Shown in pieces: positions 8,057 to 16,137 of a stretch of 30,146 nucleotides of DNA. The notes beneath the pieces were generated by a model that was given only the letters and a program-made list of their open reading frames with translations, had not been told where the DNA came from and did no database searches. The DNA is from a virus (Duplodnaviria > Caudoviricetes): positions 1 to 30,146 of IMG/VR virus record IMGVR_UViG_3300028138_000010; one strand, 5' to 3'. Numbering within the stretch: position 1 is the stretch's first letter; every line of letters starts with the position of its first letter. The translations under genes were made by a program, and so were the position numbers.

Positions 8057-9211
8057 ATGATAAAGCTTGATCTAGGTGCCGGCGATCGCTCTCCGGAAGG
8101 ATTCACGCCGCTCGGCAACGTCAATGGAACGTTAATCTATCCACTGACCTACGAGGACGGTACGGCAGATTGTATCCGCGCATCGCATGTACTTGAGCAC
8201 TTTCCTCATGCGCAAATACAGGCAGTGCTCAAGGACTGGGTTCGGGTGCTGAAGCCTGGCGGGGAATTGCGGGTTGCGGTTCCGAACTTCGAATGGATCG
8301 CCGAAAATTACGTCGCCGGCCAGCCCATAAATACGCAAGGCTATGTGATGGGAGGCCAAGTCGATGCGGCCGACTTTCACAAGGTAATCTTTGACAAAGA
8401 AAGCCTGACACATGAGTTTGCGGTTGCTGGCTTAATGCTGGTGCGGGAATGGAAGTCTGAACTGCCTGACTGCGCGGCGCTTCCGGTCTCACTTAATTTA
8501 TGCGGCACAAAGCCGTATCAGTCGTCAATCAGCGTCTCTGCCGTGATGAGCATGCCTCGGTTGGCATTCACGGACAATATGTTCTCCTGTGTTGAGGCAT
8601 TACCTCCGCTCGGAGTTAAACTCCGCAAGCACACCGGGGCCTACTGGGCGCAATGCATCGAGCGCGTCATTCAGGAGGCTATCGAACAGGATAAGCCGGA
8701 CGCGATCCTGACCCTCGATTACGACACGTTTTTCACCAAGCGCGATGCATCGCAACTGATCCAACTTTTGTGCTGCCATCCCGAAGCGGACGCCATTGCT
8801 GCAATGCAGTCTGGTCGCGGGAAAGAGCTGCCGCTGTTCACGATCAAGAATGACGACGGGAAAAACGCCGGTCAGATTGCTGCGGAAGAGTTTGAGCCTG
8901 ATCTGAGGAAGATCGCAACTGCGCATTTCGGCCTGACGATCTTCCGCGCCGAGAAGTTTTCTGGCCTCAAGCGGCCATGGTTTCACGACGTGCCAGCCGC
9001 TGACCTCACGTGGGGCGAGGGAAGAAGAGACGCTGACATTGCGTTCTGGGATAAATGGGAGGCGGCCGGGAACTCTCTCTACAACGCTAACCGCATTCCC
9101 GTTGGTCATCTTGAACTGATGATCAAATGGCCTGGAAGAGATCTTCGCGCGGTCCATCAAACGGTCGGCGATTTTCGCGATAAGGGCCTGCCAATAGACG
9201 CATGGCAATAG
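8057..9211 (+). CDS. Class I SAM-dependent methyltransferase fused to GT-A (GT2-like) glycosyltransferase
   Basis: N-half: LDLGAG motif I, ASHVLEH, VRVLKPGGELRVAVP. C-half: ILTLDYD (DxD), HFGLTIFR, PWF, DADIAFW, VGHL, typical of phage GT-A domains. Confidence 0.8.
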   Translation: MIKLDLGAGDRSPEGFTPLGNVNGTLIYPLTYEDGTADCIRASHVLEHFPHAQIQAVLKDWVRVLKPGGELRVAVPNFEWIAENYVAGQPINTQGYVMGGQVDAADFHKVIFDKESLTHEFAVAGLMLVREWKSELPDCAALPVSLNLCGTKPYQSSISVSAVMSMPRLAFTDNMFSCVEALPPLGVKLRKHTGAYWAQCIERVIQEAIEQDKPDAILTLDYDTFFTKRDASQLIQLLCCHPEADAIAAMQSGRGKELPLFTIKNDDGKNAGQIAAEEFEPDLRKIATAHFGLTIFRAEKFSGLKRPWFHDVPAADLTWGEGRRDADIAFWDKWEAAGNSLYNANRIPVGHLELMIKWPGRDLRAVHQTVGDFRDKGLPIDAWQ

Positions 9212-9212
9212 T

Positions 9213-9488
9213 TTGGAGCCGATCATGGGCGCCGCGCCTGGTCCGAATGAACTTGATCAATATGGAACGCGCGTATACCAGCGTTCAGATCTGTACCTGT
9301 CGGACGGCGTGATCCTCGTAGTCCAGCGCGGAAGCGATATTAGGGATGGCGACGGTAATTCCCTGATCGGTGTCGCGCGAACTGCGAGCCTGTCCGACTT
9401 CGCCGACGACGCCGCTGCCGCAATCGGTGGCATTGCTGTCGGGCAGTTGTATCGCAACGGAAGCGTCGTCATGGTGCGCGTGGCCTGA
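9213..9488 (+). CDS. Small putative virion protein
   Basis: C-terminal FADDAAAAIGGIAVGQLYRNGSVVMVRVA resembles a motif recurrent at ends of phage fibre-like proteins; start may be ATG 9225. Confidence 0.55.
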   Translation: MEPIMGAAPGPNELDQYGTRVYQRSDLYLSDGVILVVQRGSDIRDGDGNSLIGVARTASLSDFADDAAAAIGGIAVGQLYRNGSVVMVRVA

Positions 9489-9489
9489 C

Positions 9490-10137
9490 ATGGGTCCGAA
9501 CCTGATCTCGACCGTCACGGTCCCGGCTGACAGTTACGACTTGGCTAATCTTGACGATGTGAAGACGGAATTGGGTATCTCGGGAGGCGCTTCTGATGCA
9601 GTCCTGCGTCGATACATTTCGAGCGCGTCCGCGGCAGCTATACAATACTGTAATTGCGCATTCGTCGCCGAGACGATTACCGACGAGTTCTGGGCGCAGC
9701 GAGATCGGGGACTGCGTTTCGTTCACGGCGGAATTCCTGGGCTGCAATTGTCGCGCAGTCCGATCATCTCCGTCACGTCCGTTACGGAGAACGGGAGCGC
9801 GTTGGTTGATGCGACCGATTTCCGCATCGACTATGCGAACGGCCAACTGATTCGGTTGGACGTGAACGGATATCCAAGACCGTGGCCGGTCTTTCCGATC
9901 GTCGTGGTTTACGTGGGCGGTTACGCAACAGTGCCATCTGACGTGTCGGACGCGGTCATCCGCATGGCCGTTTCCCGTTACATGAACAAGGGCATTGATC
10001 CACTCGTTAAGAGCGTCACCGTGCCCGGCGTGATTACCGAGGAGCGTTGGGTTCCCAACACGCCGACCGGAAACATGACTCCCGACATTGAAGACGTTCT
10101 CGATAACTACCGGGTGCCGGTGGTCAGCGGTGCATGA
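9490..10137 (+). CDS. Head-tail connector/adaptor (HK97 gp6 / SPP1 gp15-like, long form)
   Basis: LANLDDVKTELGI...DAVLRRYISSAS...QYCN, YVGGYATVPSDVSDAVI, VLDNYR; true start likely ATG 9490, in frame with listed ORF 9370. Confidence 0.85.
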   Translation: MGPNLISTVTVPADSYDLANLDDVKTELGISGGASDAVLRRYISSASAAAIQYCNCAFVAETITDEFWAQRDRGLRFVHGGIPGLQLSRSPIISVTSVTENGSALVDATDFRIDYANGQLIRLDVNGYPRPWPVFPIVVVYVGGYATVPSDVSDAVIRMAVSRYMNKGIDPLVKSVTVPGVITEERWVPNTPTGNMTPDIEDVLDNYRVPVVSGA

Positions 10138-10583
10138 TGGATAACCCCGGCATTCATAACCTCGGCGATGCTGATCTCGCGGCAATCAATGCTGCTACGA
10201 CGGCCGCCGTTATCACGCTGGTTTCAAACTCCAGCGGCAATCAGGCTTACGTCGGCGACCTGGATGGCATGCTTGGCGCGACGATCCTCGTGAATTTCAA
10301 CCGCGGCTCAGGCGGGACGACGCTGAAGGTGATGATCGAAACATCCCTAGACCAGGGCACGACGTGGATTGAAGTCTCCCGCTTAGCGTTCGATACAACG
10401 AGCAGTCAGAGCTACATCAATCTGTCTGGTCTAACTGGAAAGACAACCCCCGCTGCGGCTGGCGCCTTGACGGATAATACGTCGGTGGACGGGATTCTAG
10501 GCGACCGTTTCCGAGCGCGCATTCTAACTGCCGGCACGTATGCTGGGAACACTTCTTTGTCCGTGCGTCTCTGCGCAAGATAA
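10134..10583 (+). CDS. Hypothetical beta-sandwich virion protein
   Basis: 149 aa, ATGA overlap with connector; GGTTLKVMIETSLDQGTTW and GDRFRAR patterns recall cement-like jelly-roll proteins. Confidence 0.55.
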   Translation: MMDNPGIHNLGDADLAAINAATTAAVITLVSNSSGNQAYVGDLDGMLGATILVNFNRGSGGTTLKVMIETSLDQGTTWIEVSRLAFDTTSSQSYINLSGLTGKTTPAAAGALTDNTSVDGILGDRFRARILTAGTYAGNTSLSVRLCAR

Positions 10584-10588
10584 ACGTT

Positions 10589-10680
10589 CCGCAGCCCCAC
10601 TGCGGTTTCCCGCCCATCCAAAACGCCGCTTGGGCAACGGTTATCGCAGCGTCGTGAGACGCCGCATTCCCATGATGGAG
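10589..10680 (+). promoter_or_regulatory. Structured intergenic leader (three hairpins, last with GNRA loop) before GGAG SD
   Basis: CCGCAG-CCCCA-CTGCGG-TTT (10589-10608), GCCCA...TGGGC (10612-10635), GCGTC-GTGA-GACGC (10649-10662). Confidence 0.4.
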
Positions 10681-10690
10681 CCCAACTACA

Positions 10691-11164
10691 ATGTCCCGCT
10701 ACGCTATTTCTGCCGGCAACGCCGGCTCTCAGCAGGCTATGACCACCACGTACAAGACCGTCCTGTCGCTGACGGCGGTCACCGGTGCCACTACCCTGCG
10801 CAAGGCTTGGATCTATGACGTATTGTTCGGTGCGGACGGTACTCCTGCTGACAATGCGATGTCATATGTGGTCAATCGCCAAACTACGGTCGGGACTGGG
10901 ACCAGTGGCACCGGGGCACCGATGGATTCCGGCGATGCTGCGTCGCTGATTACTGCGACCTGTAATAACACGATTGAGCCGACTATCACGTCCGCGACGC
11001 AGTTGATCGAAATCGGGGTAAACCAGCGAGCCTCGTATCGATGGGTCGCCGCCCCCGGCGGAGAGCTTGTCGTCCCTGCCACTACCACTAACGGCCTTGG
11101 GTTCCGGGCCAAATCGCCAGCCTATACCGGCACGGTGATGGCGACTCTCCATTGGTGGGAATAA
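10691..11164 (+). CDS. Hypothetical Thr/Ala/Gly-rich beta protein, likely structural
   Basis: 157 aa, GGAG SD, own structured leader, beta-strand pattern, ends in HWWE. Confidence 0.65.
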   Translation: MSRYAISAGNAGSQQAMTTTYKTVLSLTAVTGATTLRKAWIYDVLFGADGTPADNAMSYVVNRQTTVGTGTSGTGAPMDSGDAASLITATCNNTIEPTITSATQLIEIGVNQRASYRWVAAPGGELVVPATTTNGLGFRAKSPAYTGTVMATLHWWE

Positions 11165-11644
11165 TTGCTGTCGCGATTTACCGGCTCGGTCGAGAAGATC
11201 GGGCCTGTCGATGTCAGGGGAATGGCGGACTGGATTTCTGCCATTCCATTTGAGTGCTGGCCACAGCAGGACAAGCCAGGCTTGCCACTAAGGCCGGCGA
11301 TGGTGACTGACCTCGGTTGGTTTAACTTCGGAACCCTGTGCGAGCCGGTTGTTAGCGACGTGATGGTCCATTTCCCAGGATGCACCGTCTATCAGCGGAT
11401 GTTGTCCGTGGTGATGCCGGGCAACTATATTGAGCCTCATCGCGATCAGCAGGCCCCGTATTGGCTCTGCCGCGTTCATGTGCCGTTAGCAACTAACGAC
11501 CGCTCTGATTTCATTGTCGATGGTCAAAGCCATCACATGGAAGTCGGGAAAGCCTATCGCGTGAATACGCTCGCTGAGCACTCCGTCATCAATGACGGGG
11601 ACTCGCCGAGGGTTCATCTAATGTGGGATGTCCGCAAACCGTGA
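11165..11644 (+). CDS. Aspartyl/asparaginyl beta-hydroxylase-family 2OG-Fe(II) oxygenase
   Basis: LSVVMPGNYIEPHRD (HxD), RVHVPL, EHSVINDGDSPRVHLMWDV (distal His and 2OG-binding Arg). Confidence 0.88.
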   Translation: MLSRFTGSVEKIGPVDVRGMADWISAIPFECWPQQDKPGLPLRPAMVTDLGWFNFGTLCEPVVSDVMVHFPGCTVYQRMLSVVMPGNYIEPHRDQQAPYWLCRVHVPLATNDRSDFIVDGQSHHMEVGKAYRVNTLAEHSVINDGDSPRVHLMWDVRKP

Positions 11645-11650
11645 GGATTT

Positions 11651-12181
11651 ATGAATCCCGTCGAACTTCGTAAATGGCGAGAAGCCCATCTTGGGATTGA
11701 CATTCCTGATACAGCTATTGCGGCCCTTGGAAGCTTTCCAAGTCTGTATGCGAATGATCTTGCCGACAAGATTTCTATGTCTAATCCTGATATTTCTGCG
11801 TTCATTCGGGCTCTCTTCAAAGAAAGTATATGGGCCTATGACGGGTGGTCCAAGGCCCAGCGCGATGCCGATGCCGGTAAACTGTTGGCAGATATTTATA
11901 CCGCAGCCGGTGGCTCCGGCGAGGGCGATCCGCAGAACCAATATACGTTCGTTCGTCGGTTCCTGAGCGATTATGCGGCAGCCAATAATCTGCCGAATCC
12001 GGCTGCGGCAACGAAGCCGAAAGATGATTGGAGTGAAAGACTTGGATTGACGCCAATCGGCACAGTTGAAGTCTCGGGACCGTCTGGGAACACGACGACA
12101 CAAGACCCAGCCGCTCGTCCCATGAGCGGAGAGGCTGTGCTCCAAGTGAGTGCGCCTCCTAGCGAGAAGCCATCGGCATGA
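11651..12181 (+). CDS. Hypothetical protein (helical N-part, low-complexity C-tail)
   Basis: 176-aa ORF with GAGG SD filling the operon gap; no recognisable motif. Confidence 0.6.
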   Translation: MNPVELRKWREAHLGIDIPDTAIAALGSFPSLYANDLADKISMSNPDISAFIRALFKESIWAYDGWSKAQRDADAGKLLADIYTAAGGSGEGDPQNQYTFVRRFLSDYAAANNLPNPAAATKPKDDWSERLGLTPIGTVEVSGPSGNTTTQDPAARPMSGEAVLQVSAPPSEKPSA

Positions 12182-12450
12182 TGTTGCGTGCACAGGGTTA
12201 TGCCTGCATCACCGAGCCCGACAAGGCCGCGATAGAACTTAACACGTTCAGTTGTGGTCACTGCAATCGCGTGCGGCACGTCAAGGCAAAACAAGACCCG
12301 ACAGAGGTTGGCGGGCTTTGCAAAACCTGCATGCGCCTGATCTGCCCCGCCTGTGTCAATCGCGGTCGTTGCGATCCGCTTGAAGCGAAGATCGAGCGTA
12401 TCGAACGCACCTTGGATTTTGATCGCTGGTTTTTAGAGGCATCGCGCTAA
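12178..12450 (+). CDS. Small Cys-rich putative Zn-binding protein
   Basis: CGHC, CKTC, CPAC plus additional Cys; ATGA overlap with upstream gene. Confidence 0.7.
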   Translation: MMLRAQGYACITEPDKAAIELNTFSCGHCNRVRHVKAKQDPTEVGGLCKTCMRLICPACVNRGRCDPLEAKIERIERTLDFDRWFLEASR

Positions 12451-12451
12451 C

Positions 12452-13117
12452 ATGAACGATTTTGGAGGATCATGGAGGAGCGCCAGCGGGTTTGGTGGGT
12501 CGCAGGTTAGCGTTATCAGTTTGACTGGAGGGGGCGGCGGGGGTGGCGCGACCACGACATGGAATCCGTCCGACAAAAGCGCAGCCATTAGTCTATCAAG
12601 TGGCAATTTAACCGCTACAGGCTCCAGTGCCACCTTCGCAGGCGTCCGTTCTATTGCTTCTGCGTCTTCTGGGAAGAAATATTGGGAAATTCACGCTGAC
12701 ACCATAAACGCAACCTCTCAGATAAGTACAGGGGCGGGAATTGCGGCTTCAAGTCTAGACTTCCCAGCGGGTTATACGTCCGGTGTTAGTTGGTTTTCCG
12801 GCGGGCTAATTTATGTAAATGGAGTTAGCGTTACGGACACGGGTATTTCATGGGCGCAAGGGGATACAATGTGCTTTGCTGTGGACATTGACAATAACCT
12901 TCTTTGGATACGCGCTAATGGAGGGAACTGGAATGCAAATGCAGGGCTTGATCCTGCGTCTGGTAGTGGTGGAATTGATATATCGACACGAGGGGCGGGC
13001 GCACTCTTTGCGATGGCTACTGTAGGAACTTCAGGCTCGGGGAACGATGTTTTTACCGCAAATTTTGGCGCAACTTCTTATGCATTTTCAGTCCCCAGCG
13101 GCTTTGGAAATTGGTAG
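12452..13117 (+). CDS. SPRY/concanavalin A-like domain protein with poly-Gly linker
   Basis: TTWNPSDK...LSSGNLTAT...GVRS...SGKKYWEI...GDTMCFAVD...NFGAT..F..PSGF pattern of bacterial/phage SPRY domains; G7 linker after short N-terminal peptide. Confidence 0.78.
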   Translation: MNDFGGSWRSASGFGGSQVSVISLTGGGGGGGATTTWNPSDKSAAISLSSGNLTATGSSATFAGVRSIASASSGKKYWEIHADTINATSQISTGAGIAASSLDFPAGYTSGVSWFSGGLIYVNGVSVTDTGISWAQGDTMCFAVDIDNNLLWIRANGGNWNANAGLDPASGSGGIDISTRGAGALFAMATVGTSGSGNDVFTANFGATSYAFSVPSGFGNW

Positions 13118-13155
13118 TGATGACCTAAAAATGCTTTATTCGGCCTGGGGATAAT

Positions 13156-14454
13156 ATGGATATTCGGTTTGTTACTTATTCTTTCAATACTAGTGACGGA
13201 ACTTCAGGCCGTACTATGCCTGAACGGTTATCCGATATCAAAAATATAAAAGATTTCGGGGCCGACCCGACCGGGGCTAACGCTTCTCAAACCACAGCGG
13301 CAGTTCAGGCAGCCGTTGATGCCGCCACCGCAGAGGGTGGCGGGACTGTATATTTCCCGGTGGGATTTTATACTCTAAACGACACAATCACATTTAATTA
13401 CAATGGGAATATCGGAATCCTTTTTATCGGTGATTCGGGAACCACTCTTTCCTGCAACATAAATGGCTTTGTCTTTGACCGACACGACGTTAACTCGGGA
13501 TCGCCAAGTTATACGGGCGGAAACTGGGTGTTTGAAAAACTTAGTATCCAAAACTCAAACACTGGCTCGTCGGCTGGTGGTGTCCGTGTGGGGTCAAGTC
13601 TTAGCGCAGCATTTCGTGATTGCGGAATTTTGGGACAGGTCGCTGTAACGACAGAGGATAGTCCTGGAAATAGCTCTCAAAACGTTCTTTTTGAAAACTG
13701 TAGATTTTCCGGTCCTAATGCCTCACCTTATACAGCAAAGGGAGTAGTTATTGGCGGTTCAGGTGTTTTATCTGGCTGTGATTTCGTCTCAACTAGTACA
13801 GGTCTAACCGCATATGGTTCTGGACTTGCTGTCTATAGTTGCCGTGCGGAAGGGTGCAATATAGGGTATCAATTCGGGTTGGATAGTGCCGGGACTGATC
13901 AAGGAGCATCTGGCTTTTCACTCGCCTCTTCTAGCGGTGAAGCCGATGTAGTCGGCTATGATTTTGCTGGAACATGCACAGGTTTTATTATCAGTGGTTG
14001 CGGCATTCTTGGTCATGGGGTGCTAAATTCTGGTTATCCTAATGGCACCGCAGCTGATTATGGGTTTCGAATAAGCTCTAGTTGCTCCTATGGACTGTTT
14101 TTAAATTGCAGTCAAAACAGCGTTGCCTTAACCGCTGGCTTTTCTATAGCGACTGCGAGTAGTCGCGCAAATCTAGTGTTTAAAGGCTGCACTGCCCAAG
14201 CAGTTAGTGGTGGCACACCTTGGGTATTGCCCTCCAATGCTTATACAGCCTTGTTTCAAGACTGTGATACTTTTCCAGTGTGGACCTATTCGCAGCTTCC
14301 AACGGGCGGCGACGTAGTTGAGGGGGATATGTATAACATATCGGATGGTACTAACGGACTAGCTTGGGGCGCTACAGCGACTAACACAGGAACCCACACA
14401 ACCCACTATCTGGTCCGTTACAACGGCACAAACTGGACTGTGGTTGGCAAATGA
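13156..14454 (+). CDS. Right-handed beta-helix spike/depolymerase-like protein A
   Basis: Pectate_lyase_3-type start NIKDFGADPTG...AVQAAVD...GGTVYFPVGFY, then Gly/Ser/Cys/Asn-rich coils (FENC, LSGC, FKGC). Confidence 0.85.
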   Translation: MDIRFVTYSFNTSDGTSGRTMPERLSDIKNIKDFGADPTGANASQTTAAVQAAVDAATAEGGGTVYFPVGFYTLNDTITFNYNGNIGILFIGDSGTTLSCNINGFVFDRHDVNSGSPSYTGGNWVFEKLSIQNSNTGSSAGGVRVGSSLSAAFRDCGILGQVAVTTEDSPGNSSQNVLFENCRFSGPNASPYTAKGVVIGGSGVLSGCDFVSTSTGLTAYGSGLAVYSCRAEGCNIGYQFGLDSAGTDQGASGFSLASSSGEADVVGYDFAGTCTGFIISGCGILGHGVLNSGYPNGTAADYGFRISSSCSYGLFLNCSQNSVALTAGFSIATASSRANLVFKGCTAQAVSGGTPWVLPSNAYTALFQDCDTFPVWTYSQLPTGGDVVEGDMYNISDGTNGLAWGATATNTGTHTTHYLVRYNGTNWTVVGK

Positions 14455-15950
14455 CTAATCCATTTACGGCATTTGCATTTCCAACGGCGGACGCGGGAAC
14501 GGTTGGGCACTCGCGCACAATGCCTGATAGGCTGGTGGACTTTCATAATGTTAAAGATTTTGGTGCAACTGGAGACGGCGTTACCGATGATTGGTCTGCA
14601 ATCATGGACGCCATCAATTGGACAACCTCGACTACTAACAGGGGTAGAATCTTCTTTCCTCCAGGAACTTATGTCGTTTCCGCGCCGATTGTTCTAGCAT
14701 CGGCTACTGTCGGTAACACAATTTCCTTTCTTACTGGGTGCTACGGCGCGTCAACCATAGTGGGAAACTTTAATGATTATGTAATTACTAGAGGCGTATC
14801 GGCATCAAGCCAGTCATTTATTGAGAAACTAAACATTGTAAATAACCATGCGACTGGTGGCGGCATCAGACTTGGGGGAGAAGGCGCAGCTCTCAGAGAC
14901 TGCAACATAACTGCAAACATTGGGATTAATACCACGGCGGATGACAGTGTCGATGGCGGATCAACTTCGTTAGAATTTACTCTCATAAACTGTCAGGTGA
15001 ATCCAGGGATTCATACCTCTGGTTCAATTGGTATTGTCTCTGTAGCAAACGGAGCGATCAGTAATTGCCGTATCACGGGTTACGAAAAAGGTGCCATTAC
15101 TTGGGGACAGCAAGGTGGCCACTCCTTTCAAGGTTGTTATTTTGAGGGCAATCAGTTCGGTGTTTATGCAGGATTGAAACCAAATCTGGTAACGCAATTT
15201 GATGCCGGATCGTTGTTCGTGGGATGTTGGTTTAAAAACAACGGCACGGCTCTTTACCTGCCCAATTCAGGGGGGCAGACACTTATGAAAGGCGTCCGTA
15301 TTGACGCTGATGAAAGTGTCACGGTTTATGGTAGCAGACCGCAGTATGGCATCCAAATAAATAACGCTTTAACAACTTTCTACGGTGTAACTGTATCTGG
15401 TCAATACGAACAGGCGGCGATTGCTGTTGACAACTTAAATACACCATCAGGTTATATTGGGGTTAGTGCAGCTAATAGCAGCACCCATGGCGGCGTGCCT
15501 TGGAGTATTATAAACGGTGCGTTTTCCAAATACACCGGCTGTAACGCCACGGTAGTGCCCGCGGCGGGTGATCTAGTCTGGTCCGCTCTGATAACTTCGG
15601 TGACATGCTCGGGGAATACAGCAACTCTTCATGCTAACTTTAGTAATATTACTAACCTATTTGGAACGTATAACGTCCTTATTTCTGGTGTACCGGTGTC
15701 TGGTTATAATGGAAGTTTCGCAGCAACATTTACAGGTCTAAGTACTTTTACCTATACGATTGTTGGAGGGCCACTGGCAAGTTCAAGTGGTGGCACTGCT
15801 GCTATAAATGTATTTCAGCTGTTTGAGGGCCAAGAATTCAATATCGGCGACAGCGAGACAACCACGTGGTCAGATAACGCGTTTGGTGGTGGCTCCACCC
15901 ATGCCTGGGTAAGATACAGTGGACAAAGCCTAAACGTGGTCGGGATATAA
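14451..15950 (+). CDS. Right-handed beta-helix spike/depolymerase-like protein B
   Basis: NVKDFGATGDGVTDDWSAIMDAI...IFFPPGTY; coils ISNC, FQGCYFEGN, FVGCWF; ATGA overlap with protein A gene. Confidence 0.88.
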   Translation: MTNPFTAFAFPTADAGTVGHSRTMPDRLVDFHNVKDFGATGDGVTDDWSAIMDAINWTTSTTNRGRIFFPPGTYVVSAPIVLASATVGNTISFLTGCYGASTIVGNFNDYVITRGVSASSQSFIEKLNIVNNHATGGGIRLGGEGAALRDCNITANIGINTTADDSVDGGSTSLEFTLINCQVNPGIHTSGSIGIVSVANGAISNCRITGYEKGAITWGQQGGHSFQGCYFEGNQFGVYAGLKPNLVTQFDAGSLFVGCWFKNNGTALYLPNSGGQTLMKGVRIDADESVTVYGSRPQYGIQINNALTTFYGVTVSGQYEQAAIAVDNLNTPSGYIGVSAANSSTHGGVPWSIINGAFSKYTGCNATVVPAAGDLVWSALITSVTCSGNTATLHANFSNITNLFGTYNVLISGVPVSGYNGSFAATFTGLSTFTYTIVGGPLASSSGGTAAINVFQLFEGQEFNIGDSETTTWSDNAFGGGSTHAWVRYSGQSLNVVGI

Positions 15951-15972
15951 CATTCACGAGGCGGTGAGGTAA

Positions 15973-16125
15973 ATGAGAAGAATCGTAGTCATCGTCTCCA
16001 ATACGCATGCCAAGAAGATAACGCCCCCAGCTTCACCGCCGCCTCCGCCGCCAACGTTTGACACTCTCACGGATAATTCCGACGTTCCACTTGATAATGG
16101 AAGCGGCGACATCTTGACTACGTAA
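15973..16125 (+). CDS. 50-aa polyproline mini-protein (not in ORF track)
   Basis: GAGGT SD; translation MRRIVVIVSNTHAKKITPPASPPPPPPTFDTLTDNSDVPLDNGSGDILTT; fills the intergenic gap. Confidence 0.65.
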   Translation: MRRIVVIVSNTHAKKITPPASPPPPPPTFDTLTDNSDVPLDNGSGDILTT

Positions 16126-16137
16126 AAAGGCTACGAA

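Noticed and set aside
13115-13123. Three consecutive stop codons TAG TGA TGA after the SPRY gene
   Set aside because: Plausible by chance in a low-GC spacer; no further support for function.
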